In this document: in pieces, positions 1-10,643 of the stretch | How the letters are laid out: each line of letters opens with the position of its first letter | Numbering within the stretch: the first letter of the stretch is position 1 | Assembly (NCBI RefSeq): GCF_023055435.1 | Contig: NW_025963802.1 | Coordinates: 2,480,001 to 2,544,000, forward strand | DNA from: Haliotis rufescens | Lineage: Eukaryota | DNA: 64,000 bases | Reading direction: 5' to 3' | Notes under the pieces: generated by a model | Databases searched by the model: none | What the model was told of the DNA's origin: nothing | What the model saw: the letters and a program-made list of their open reading frames with translations, nothing else | Position numbers and translations under genes: made by a program

Positions 1-2277
1 CTGGTGTACTTACATCTGGAGGGTGTCTGGTGTACTTACATCTGGAGGGTGTCTGGTGTACTTACATCTGGGGGGTGTCTGGTGTACTTACATCTGGAGG
101 GTGTCTGGTGTACTTACATCTGGGGGGTGTCTGGTGTACTTACATCTTGAGGGTGTCTGGTGTACTTACATCTGGAAGGCATCTGGTGAAGTGTCCTTGC
201 ATGCAACAGTGGCATGGTGTACTTACATCTGGAGGGTGTCTGGTGTACTTACATCTGGAGGGTGTCTGGTGATCTTACATCTGGAGGGTGTCTGGAGCTG
301 GTATACTTACATCTGGAGGGTGTCTGGAGCTGGTATACTTACATCTGGAGGGTGTCTGGAGCTGGTGTACTTACATCTGGTGGGTGTCTGGTATACTTAC
401 ATCTGGAGGGTGTCTGGTGTACTTACATCTGGAGGGTGTCTGGTGTACTTACATCTGGAGGGTGTCTGGTGATCTTACATCTGGAGGGTGTCTGGAGCTG
501 GTATACTTACATCTGGAGGGTGTCTGGGGCTGGTGTACTTACATCTTGAGGGTGTCTGGTGTACTTACATCTTGAGGGTGTCTGGTGTACTTACATCTTG
601 AGGGTGTCTGGAGCTGGTATACTTACATCTGGAGGGTGTCTGGAGCTGGTATACTTACATCTGGAGGGCGTCTGGAGCTGGTGTACTTACATCTGGAGGG
701 TGTCTGGTATACTTACATCTGGAAGGTGTCTAGAGCTGGTGTACTTACATCTGGAGGGTGTCTTGGGCTGGTATACTTACATCTGGAGGGTGTCTGGGGC
801 TGGTATACTTACATCTGGAGGGTGTCTGGTATACTTACATCTGGAGGGTGTCTGGTATACTTACATCTGGAGGGTGTCTAGAGCTGGTGTACTTACATCT
901 GGAGGGTGTCTTGGGCTGGTATACTTACATCTGGAGGGTGTCTGGTATACTTACATCTGGAGGGTGTCTGGTGTACTTACATCTGGAGGGTGTCTGGAGC
1001 TGGTATACTTACATCTGGAGGGCGTCTGGAGCTGGTGTACTTACATCTGGAGGGTGTCTGGTATACTTACATCTGGAAGGTGTCTAGAGCTGGTGTACTT
1101 ACATCTGGAGGGTGTCTTGGGCTGGTATACTTACATCTGGAGGGTGTCTGGGGCTGGTATACTTACATCTGGAGGGTGTCTGGTATACTTACATCTGGAG
1201 GGTGTCTGGTATACTTACATCTGGAGGGTGTCTAGAGCTGGTGTACTTACATCTGGAGGGTGTCTGGGGCTGGTATACTTACATCTGGTGGGTGTCTGGT
1301 GTACTTACATCTGGAAGGTGTCTGGGGCTGGTATACTTACATCTGGTGGGTGTCTGGTGTACTTACATCTGGAGGGTGTCTGGGGCTGGTATACTTACAT
1401 CTGGTGGGTGTCTGGTGTACTTACATCTGGTGGGTGTCTGGTATACTTACATCTGGTGGGTGTCTGGTATACTTACATCTGGTGGGTGTCTGGTATACTT
1501 ACATCTGGAAGGTGTCTGGAGCTGGTGTACTTACATCTGGAGGGTGTCTGGGGCTGGTATACTTACATCTGGGGGGTGTCCGGGGCTGGTGTACTTACAT
1601 CTGGGGGGTGTCTGGAGCTGGTATACTGACATCTGGAGGGTGTCTGGTGTACTTCCATCTGGAGGGTGTCTGGGGCTGGTGTACTTACATCTGGGGGGTG
1701 TCTGGTGTACTTCCATCTGGAGGGTGTCTGGGGCTGGTATACTGACATCTGGAGGGTGTCTGGGGCTGGTGTACTTACATCTGGGGGGTGTCTGGTGTAC
1801 TTCCATCTGGAGGGTGTCTGGGGCTGGTATACTGACATCTGGAGGGTGTCTGGGGCTGGTGTACTTACATCTGGGGGGTGTCTGGTGTACTTACATCTGG
1901 AGGGTGTCTGGTGTACTTACATCTGGGGGGTGTCTGGTGTACTTCCATCTGGAGGGTGTCTGGGGCTGGTGTACTTACATCTGGGGGGTGTCCGGGGCTG
2001 GTGTACTTACATCTGGGGGGTGTCTGGAGCTGGTATACTGACATCTGGAGGGTGTCTGGTGTACTTCCATCTGGAGGGTGTCTGGGGCTGGTGTACTTAC
2101 ATCTGGGGGGTGTCCGGGGCTGGTGTACTTACATTTGGAGGGTGTCTGGAGCTGGTATACTGACATCTGGAGGGTGTCTGGTGTACTTCCATCTGGAGGG
2201 TGTCTGGGGCTGGTATACTTACATCTGGGGGGTGTCCGGGGTTGGTGTACTTACATCTGGGGGGTGTCCGGGGCTGG
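1..2277. repeat. Minisatellite of mixed 26- and 32-bp units (GGTGTACTTACATCTGGAGGGTGTCT +/- GGAGCT), roughly 75-80 copies, running off the window start
   Basis: Directly visible tandem repeat with one short interruption at about 178-215. On the minus strand the unit is CCAGACACCCTCCAGAT|GTAAGTACA, i.e. the ZDHHC16 exon end plus its donor site. Confidence 0.97.
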
Positions 2278-3888
2278 TGAAGCAGGCCATGATGTAGTTG
2301 AAGATGATCATGAGAAGCAGCCAGTGCCCAAACACCAGGTGAAACACAGTAGCTGCCATAGACTCGTAGTAAATATGTGGAAGCAGACACACATAGAAGA
2401 TGGCCACTACCATCGTCGTCAGGAACACAACCATTGTTACCATAATCTGAAATATTAAGACAAATATTATACTGAAATGTGTTTTTACTCATAAAAAGAG
2501 ATGTCTTCCCCTGTTTTGATTCATTAGTTCAATTTGTTACTACATAGAAAATCTCATCCGAGTTTCTTTTGATATCAAATTTATCAACGAGTGTTGATAT
2601 AATTGATATCAAAAGACACAAGGGTGAGATTCTATTTATCATCAAACAATCATTCTTCCAAGTTTTTCAATTTGTAGACAGTAATAAGCAGTGTCTAAGT
2701 GTAAAAAGTACTGCTAACAGCTTCAGAAGTAGAACCATTAGTGATGTTATTTGATTGTGACGTCATGGTAACCAATGAAGTCACAATGGTCTAAAAAGCA
2801 TTGTGATGCAATTACATTGCAGCGATATCTACAATGTAGATATCGCTTGATCTCGCCCAAGCATATTTCCTGTGGGAGCCAGTTATCGATGATAAATGTA
2901 TAAATCTGCTTGCAAATTTGAAAAACAATAATAGTGAGTGAGTATGGTTTTACGCCACTTTTAGCAATATTCCAGCAATATCATGGCGGGGGACACCGGC
3001 AAATGGGCTTCACACCTTGTACCCATGTCGGGAACCGAACCGAGGTCTTCAGCGTGACAAGCCAACACTTTAACCACTAGGCTACCCCACCTCCCTGAAA
3101 AACAATAATAGGAACATACAATCTCATTAAAATCAGATCTTAGATCTCGCTACCGCTAAACAAAGATCTGAGGACATCCCATTACGGGTCAGATCGACCT
3201 GGCGCGAACTTTGACCGACCAATGGAATGACCAATCAGAAGGTAGCTTCCTCGTGCTTTACGGCACTAATTTCAAATTGGCAACTACGCTTTCGAAACAT
3301 ATTTTGACAAATTCTCGATTACAAATCTGAAACCTAAACAAAAGAACATTCTGGAGTGGCTAATAGATGGTCTATATTGTATGTATTCAGTCGTTAAACC
3401 CGTAACTATCTTTCGGAATACCCCGTGTTAAAGTTTTCAAAATTGCATGTTTAGAAATCACAATCCGACTGTCACTTTCATAATTTGGTAAGCGACGCTC
3501 TGATTGGTCAGATGAAAGGTCGTTCTGACGTGACCCCTAATGGGATGTCTTCAGATCTTTGTTTAGCGATAGCGAGAACTAAGGTCTGATTTTAATGAGA
3601 TTGAGGAACATATAGCCTGGAAAATGGTTTCATGCAAGATGGATAGACACAGAGAAAAAGTCTTACCGGACCCATATACTTTGCAAAATGATCCACACAC
3701 CAAAACATTGGTTCCATCATTGCGTCTGTGGCAGTGTTACAAGAGTTATGGTCATTGTAAAACAGACTTTTGTACACAAGTGACCACCATTTCCTGTGCC
3801 TCTTGACCCACGCCCACACGCGAGATGGACAGTGGTGCACACGCCACGTGATACGGCCCATCAGGAGGACAGACCGTAGCACAAACAT
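2255..3888 (-). CDS. ZDHHC16: Palmitoyltransferase ZDHHC16-like, 5' coding exons only (3888-3667 and 2446-2255); DHHC exons lie beyond the window start
   Basis: Spliced translation ...KSLFYNDHNSCNTATDAMMEPMFWCVDHFAKYMGP|IMVTMVVFLTTMVVAIFYVCLLPHI...FGHWLLLMIIFNYIMACFTSPGHPPD resembles the ZDHHC16 N-terminus and TM1-2 (SLLYN..DTAVDAAFEPVYWLVD...GHW..ILIVFHY..A.T.PGYPP). GT-AG boundaries are at 3666/2447 with a donor at 2254, all phase 0. The acceptor of the ATG exon is at 3922-3923. The start could be Met at 3888 or 3861. Confidence 0.8.
2520..2890. repeat. Dispersed repeat / non-autonomous element, inverted relative to its copy at about 22370-22780
   Basis: Shares GCGATATCTACA..GTAGATATCGC, GTGACGTCA..GTTACCATGACGTCAC and GGCTCCCACAGGA blocks with NOP56 intron 5 in the opposite orientation. 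Confidence 0.7.
2935..3095 (-). mobile_element. tRNA-derived SINE, family A (about 165 bp)
   Basis: A/B-box head, tail GCTGGAATATTGCTAAAAGYGGCGTAAAACCATAC(TCAC)n, and target-site duplication TGAAAAACAATAATAG on both sides. Confidence 0.9.
3119..3603. mobile_element. MITE / non-autonomous DNA transposon, Mutator-like
   Basis: About 70-bp terminal inverted repeats (CAATCTCATTAAAATCAG...) and a 9-bp TSD AGGAACATA at 3110-3118 and 3604-3612. Confidence 0.88.
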
Positions 3889-4550
3889 TTGCTGCTTCCT
3901 GAAGAGATTCGTCAGCTACAACTGAAACGAGAGAATAAAGTATGACAACATCATCTCTAATTTAGTGATTCCTATAGGCCTGACTTTCATAATGCAATTT
4001 ATTTTGCAATAATGATTTATGTATTGCGATACGTACCACACTATATTGCATTCTTTCATCTGTAATTTGATTTTCTGATCATGTTTTCGTTTTTTTGTCC
4101 AAAATGGAACCATACACTGGAATTTTCCAGCACATTTTTTTACAACTTTGCTGACGTCCACAAGTGAAAAAAACCATTATAAACAGGAAGCTGGTCACGA
4201 AACGTTTTGCTTTTTCGATCACACGAATCAGTTGCTAATTCCATCATTTTAGTTTTGACTTTACACTTATGTCAACTTTGCCAACAAGATGAAAATCTGC
4301 ATGTTTTTTAATAGGAAATATACATATTGTAATCATTGGTATTTAACATCATGGCATATCTCTATAATTACTGTCAATAACTATTAGAGGCTCTCTTGTA
4401 CCATATGCTTGATACAGACGTCATATGGCAGGTTTCTGTCATATAGATATTTCCTTTACATATAGCTTTTTATTCGTGAAAATTCAGATAATTGTCCCCT
4501 AGAACATACACTTTCAATATAAACTAAAAAGTGATACATAGAAACACAAC

Positions 4551-4680
4551 AGTGGGTTCTAACACCGTTATCAAGCAAGTTACCATCACTTGCTTGATAA
4601 CAGTGTTAAAACCTCCACCCAAACGTCACTCCTAATTGTAATAAAGAAGTTGTTCATCCATATATCTTATCATTACTTAA
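4551..4680. mobile_element. Penelope-like terminal-repeat fragment (inverted arrangement) with a degenerate hammerhead motif
   Basis: Homologous to 5750-5910; TTGATAA at 4594-4600, with GAAA degraded to CAAA. Confidence 0.55.
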
Positions 4681-5749
4681 ATGATAATGATACTTTGAAA
4701 AACACTAATTTATGACATGTGGATATGGTCACAATAATTGGTTACGTTGCACACCAGTCCATAGGCGAATAACGTCAATACGTTTATATAGTCATAAAGT
4801 GTCATCTCACGTGAATTTGACCATAACATCGCTAACGACTTCCAAACACGTGACTTTCAGACGCAGATTGACGCATTCGTCACCAGGCTTGATATTGACA
4901 AGATCAATGCTGTTAAACGGGCATCCAGGCATCTGCCACCTTCACTGCCAAATGCAGCCGTGCAAGTGCAGAATTAAATAATGTGACAATTTCTACTAAC
5001 TGTAACGAGAGCATTGAATGTAGACGAATACCTTCCAAATCATCTTTGTCGATGATTGTGTCACATTGTCCGTTGTCTTTTACAACTACAAGTTCAGAGT
5101 AGTTCTACTGCTTCTCAATATTTCGAGCACGAGATGAGGAAGTAGGTTACGTCCCTTTGTGTACAAGATTTCAAGCTCCTCACAGTGATAGCCCGTTCGC
5201 GGAGCTCTCTATACGAGAGTGAAATGGTGTCACGCGCTGTATAGGAGCTTGACAAGAGTTTTCAAGCTCCTCAACATCGAAATGGTAACGATAGTGTCAC
5301 GCGCTGGGAAGGAGCTTGACAAGATTTACCACTCGGAAAACTCTCGGCCTCTTCCGGGAATGTATTTGGCCCATTCCAGGTATTAGCTGGGGTGAGTGAG
5401 TAAAATGTGTTTTTCACGTCGCATCGCCGAGAAGTCACTTCAAGTGTTTGCAACTTCTCCTCCATCACTGAAAAGACGGATGGAACAAGGCGGTACCATC
5501 TCTAAACGAGTGATTGTCAAGTGTCGTGCTCTATTCGTACTTTTGTGTTTTTATGTATTAATAAAAACACATCAAGTGTATTGGACAATTTGTTGAGCGG
5601 CACTCAGATCGACAGGACCGGCTTGCATAGTCACGTGACACTCATGTCTCAACTTAGTTAAACAAGGAAGAAATAAAATGAGGACATACACGTTGTTTAA
5701 AGATAAGTATGTCTTGTTTGATAGGCATTTTTGATAAGTTGGAGTACTA

Positions 5750-5910
5750 ATTAAGGATAGTATTTATGGATGAACAACTTCTTTATTACAATAAGAGCGA
5801 CGCTCGGTGTAGGTTCTAACACTTGCTTGATAACGGTGTTGGAAACTACACCGAAACGTCGCTCTTAATTATAATAAAGAAGTTGTTCACCCATAAATCA
5901 TATCCTTACT
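5750..5910. mobile_element. Penelope-like terminal-repeat fragment, palindromic, containing a minimal type I hammerhead ribozyme motif
   Basis: About 70-bp inverted arms. The plus arm reads TGC-TTGATAA-C-GGTGT(loop)ACACC-GAAA-CGTC-GC and is followed by AATAAA. Confidence 0.6.
5824..5863 (+). ncRNA. Minimal hammerhead ribozyme candidate (predicted cleavage after C5860)
   Basis: Core U3UGAUA8A9 (5827-5833, U3-A8 variant), stem II GGTGT/ACACC, GAAA at 5853-5856, palindromic ACGT helix III and GUC triplet. Helix I is very short. Confidence 0.55.
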
Positions 5911-7077
5911 TGATAATTATGTCGTTGAACCTTATGTGAAACATCCCCTCACATGCATGCACTGGCTTAATTTAGATGTGGAGTGGCGCCTTTAAGAGTA
6001 GAGACTGGTCGCGAAGAGAATGTACCTGGAGAAAAATATATTGTCTTAACTGTACAGACTTTATCAGGGACGAAGAGTATGTTTTATATATATGCCCTAT
6101 ATATAACGTCCAGAAGACCAACCGTCTTACTACATGTAACTTTACTCTACCTTATTTTAACACAATGTTTTGTACAGACAAATTTACTCTCGTATTATAG
6201 TAAACCCAGATCTTATCTTTTGCGTTGCCAAAACCTGTTATGCGCTGAAAGATTTGATATGGGTAATGTATGTGAATGTATACGTGTATATACATTAGAT
6301 TGTTTTATGTTATGTATATTGTGTATAGTTAGCTATTTTAGTCTCCTCATAAAATAACATTTTATGTATTTTATTATTTTGGTTTTATTGTATCTGATAA
6401 ATCGCTGTGCGGCTGGTCGTAGATATTGTGGTCATACATCTACATAACATGTATTTGTATTTTGAATGTATCTATGAGTGAGAGATAAGTAAACACTTCT
6501 GTCTGTCTGTCTGTCTTCTACTGAAACGTCTCGCGTGATTTGCAAGAGTTTTCACCCGGCTTTTAAAAAATTTCCATTTGGAACAAAAAATATGTTTTTT
6601 CAACATATAACACTGACTTAGGCCTCGCATCAACATTTGCTTGTTGACGCATGTAGGTACCTCTTTGCAACGTTGTTTATTTATAAAATGACAAGTCTTT
6701 TGTTTGGAATATACACAACAAAAGAATTGCGAAGTAGACCTTTTCGAAACTGCATGTCCACGATAATGTAAATCCGGTTGAGTCTACCAAGTCGATTAAT
6801 CAACGTTTGATTATGTCCATGGTAATGAATGTAGCATGAAAGTCACGGACCTGTATTCAATAATTCCGAGCTAAGTATTGTTTATATTATCCTTTGCCAG
6901 AAAGTATGTACCAACCTTTAGCATGTTTGGCATGAAAGGACGGTCGAATCAGTGTTTAGAAGCTGTCGGCCCTGACAAAACTCTTCTGGCACTCATTTAA
7001 GAAACTGCAGCTTCTTGTGACAAGTCTATTAATAGACTCGTAAATTTACTGCAGGCCATAAGGACCCATACAAATTT

Positions 7078-7341
7078 GACCCGTGAAGATTCCGGGGTAG
7101 AATAGGTCTTCAGCAACCCATGCTTGCCGTAAAAGGCGACTATGCTTGTCGTAAAAGGCGACTAATGGGATCGGGTGGTCAAGCTCGCTGACTTGGTTGA
7201 TGCATGTCATCGATCCCAATTGCGTGGATCGATGCTCATGATGTCAATCACTGGATTGTCTGGCCTAGACTCGATTATTTACAGACCGCCGTCATATAGC
7301 TGGAATATTGCTGAGTGCGGCGTTAAACAACAAACCAACCA
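7078..7341 (+). mobile_element. Short retroposon, family B (about 265 bp)
   Basis: GTCGTAARAGGCGACTAA hairpin, tail GCTGGAATATTGCTGAGTGCGGCGTTAAAC(AAC)n and TSD ACAAATTTGA. Other copies are at 25826-26086 and 52964-53228, with many decayed ones. Confidence 0.85.
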
Positions 7342-7766
7342 ACAAATTTGAAACTACGGGCCCGACACGAGATCTACCTGGCACGGGCCTATGGTCAGGC
7401 GCTCATTTCGAACACTGGAGGATTAGGTTTCAAGTTCTTAGACCAGCACTTCAGTTGCAAGGCGCGTCAGCTTGATGCGCGCCCAAAGTGATGCACGTCT
7501 GCTCAGAGGTTTACAACTTTGGTGAAGTCGATAAACATGGGTATGACACGAAGGCGAATCAGGGATTCGAACCGAAACCGTTGTTGTTCTGATGATTTAA
7601 CACCACTAACGTCTGGAACAATAGACGGTGTTATGTTTCTTCCAATGACCAATCAACTGTGAGGATCACTAAAATGCACATTATCGGAACGTTATTATAT
7701 TCGATTTTTCAGCCCTTATTGGTCTAAGGGAATGAGCATTTATTAGTGTGTGTTCTTTAGCCAATC

Positions 7767-7939
7767 GGGGCGGTCGGGTAGCCTAGTGGTTAAAGCGTTC
7801 GCTCGTCACGCCGAAGACCCGGGTTCGATTCCCGACATGGGTACAATGTGAGAAGCCCATTTCTGGTGTCCCCTGCCGTGATATTGCTGGAATATTGCTA
7901 AAAGCGGCGTAAAACCATACACACATATTCACTCACAAC
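7767..7939 (+). mobile_element. tRNA-derived SINE, family A
   Basis: Head GGGGCGGTCGGGTAGCCTAGTGGTTAAAGCGTTCGCTCGTCACGCCGAAGACCCGGGTTCGATTCCC and TSD TCTTTAGCCAATC. Confidence 0.92.
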
Positions 7940-8079
7940 TCTTTAGCCAATCAGCTGTCAGCGTTCTAAAACGATTCGGCAAAAAAAATATTACCACCTT
8001 GTTTTGGAAATTTAGATGGAACAAATGAAAACCTGCACATTACCCACATATTCCTTCGACGCTACTCCCTACTGGTTGT

Positions 8080-8165
8080 GTGTGCGCACGCAGTCATGGT
8101 GCTCAGAAACGACAGGTCACGAATGGGTGCCGCAATCTGTCTACTTCCGGAATTTGTAGTTTTAG
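8080..8165. promoter_or_regulatory. Housekeeping-type promoter motif cluster (NRF1-like, ETS, ZNF143-like)
   Basis: TGCGCACGCA at about 8083, ACTTCCGG at about 8143, and GGAATTTGTAGTT (reverse complement of an ACTACAA.TCC-type site) at about 8149. Confidence 0.45.
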
Positions 8166-9651
8166 TTCATTTTCGAGATACAGAAATACGATATGCTGAT
8201 TTCAATGCATCGCTCACTGAGTACCGAGAATTCAGAACTTCAACGCTGATTAGAAAGTTCACCTGACGCAAGCACTATATATGAAAGTGTCCTATCATGA
8301 CGCCGAGATGTGATGGGACTAATTCACGTACAGTGACCGTAGGACGATACTAGACTGAACATATAGTCCGTGACGTATGTACGCTTGACGCCAACAATAT
8401 AACAATGAATTCACGTCAACAGTATTGTATAGGGCACGTACAATTTGTTTGCGCATGTGCCTCGTGTGGATCATAAGTATACCCGATCCCATTAATTACC
8501 ACTTTGGTGAAATCCAGGAAATCATGTATGGTGCTTGCAAGCCATAATCAGAACAAATCAGGGATTCGATCCCAAGATCACTGGGTATTAAGCACTACAA
8601 AAGGACACAACTGCAAAGTGAACTGCAGCATTACACGCCTGGGTCGGCTAACTCGCTACAACCAAATAATAACTGTGTATGACAAGGACCTTATTTCATG
8701 TTTGAGAGAAACACTAGCACGTGTAAATCATTTCAACACAGTCATGCGATGATCCCTTTATATTCATCAGCCGTCAATTTTAAGACAAAACAGAACACAT
8801 CGCATTCATGATACACTCAGTAAAACAGTTTAATAAACATTCTTCGTGAGGCATACATAATAATATCCACAACCCACACGTATGAGAATAGTCACTCAAT
8901 GTCAACGTCAAGGTATAGGACTCGTACCGCTTTACAAGCAGTATATAAATACTAGTATTCCAAGTGAAGTTCTGTACCACGTGGAAACATGGCCATTCAG
9001 TTCACAGTTAGTCAACACCGCTTCAACGTTATTTCAGTTATATGACCGCATGTACCACTGAAACTCGCAAGCAAAGGTATGGTGCAGACAAACCACGGTT
9101 CATAGTCATGGAGAATCTGGTCTTCGATCCGTGGACCAGAGTATCCCTACAGCTAAGTATACGAACATAGCACAACGGCGCCTTCCACTACTGGGCCACC
9201 CGTGCCCCTTATTCACGTTACAGGTTTAAGAACGAATACCAAGTCCTATGTCGTACACATTTCACACGATCAGTTGGTGCAGTGGCATTCAATAGCACCG
9301 GGAACGTAACTCTGGAACAAGAGATAAGAACGACAGTCTAAATTTCACACTTTGATCACTCCGAAGAGATTGTGATTCAACACTGGACGACGGATTCTCA
9401 CGAAAGGCTGTTGGGTAATTCGACATGTCAGGATGGCCATCTGATTACGGTATGTAGAGACATTCAACACGTCTGATGGGCTCAACAATGACTTTTCATT
9501 CTAACACTGACAGTGTACACACCATATAGCCATTCATCTTTTTCAACTGTTCCATGTGAAAACAGGTTTCATCAAACTGAATTACATCATTGCATTGCCA
9601 ATAGATATGATCCTATCATCATGATCGTTATACTTCTGTGAGTGACCATCG

Positions 9652-10595
9652 CTAAATGCTGCCTTTCATGGGTTCATTACTGTCGTATGACTGGTTAAAG
9701 AAAATGTCCTCTGATGAGTCGGGTTTCGCAGTTGTATGTTCGTATTTGAAAGAATTACTTTGTGCTGTCCGAGCCCCGCCCACACCTTCCTGTGAGCCCC
9801 GCCCATCTCCGTCCCGACCACGCCGCGACATCTCCACCAACATCTCGGCGGCTGCCAGGACTTTCTTCCTCTGAGCTCTCTGTCCCTTGCGGTATCTACT
9901 GAGAGATTGCGCATCCTTCAAGGACAACCCTGTGCCCATGTGGAGAGACGGAATCCAGTCTGGACTGGAGATGTCGTACAGTGTAGTGGGTTTACCTGAA
10001 GTTATCAAGATGGTGTAATTACTCGATTCTGAAAGAAAATATAAAGAGAGCACAACATTCGTATAGGTCATCGGCATTCACCTAATGAACATACAGAGAT
10101 AGATAAAAAGGTGTGCAAATATACTGGGCTCCAGATAAAAAAAGAAAATAGGCATCGAATATTTACTCACGTTATCATTCACACTGATATTGTTCCTTGG
10201 GTATTGAATATAGTTTACCTCCTTGGGGCCAGTCTACACCGATATATCTGGAGTTCTGAATGTATGTATTATTACCGTGTCGAGTCCATACAGTAGGCGA
10301 ATAAATCCTCGTCCACTCGCCCAAAGTAATCAGGTCCATGTTAAACGTATCAAAGCAAATGAAATGACTTGTTTTTGACATGCAGCTGGTGTGCCTGTTT
10401 ATATGTTATCATTAATCGGATGTTTTCTCTGCAAGGGTTTGCTAAGAAGTTGGGACTTGCGGCGCCACACACCACTGGGCAAATCGTGAACTGACCTAGA
10501 ACACATAGTCCCCGAAAGAAAGTGAAGTGAGGTGAAATTCAAATTAGGTCTAACGTCGAGTTCAAGATTATTGCACTTACGTAGCGACGTGCATG

Positions 10596-10643
<48 letters not shown>

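Noticed and set aside
1-2277. CRISPR-like appearance of regular repeats (also 19138-19985 and 59520-59895)
   Set aside because: There are no unique spacers and no cas genes, and the context is eukaryotic and intronic.
23-2297. Long ORFs (up to 356 aa) across the first minisatellite
   Set aside because: They are artefacts of a stop-poor repeat strand, antisense to the ZDHHC16 intron.
7078-7175. HDV-like ribozyme at the 5' end of family B (GGCGACTAATGGGA resembles J4/2-P2)
   Set aside because: Only simple hairpins could be built by eye; the nested P1/P2/P3/P1.1 pseudoknot was not found.
7767-7835. tRNA-like sequences at SINE A heads
   Set aside because: They lack a paired acceptor stem and are followed by a SINE body with TSDs.
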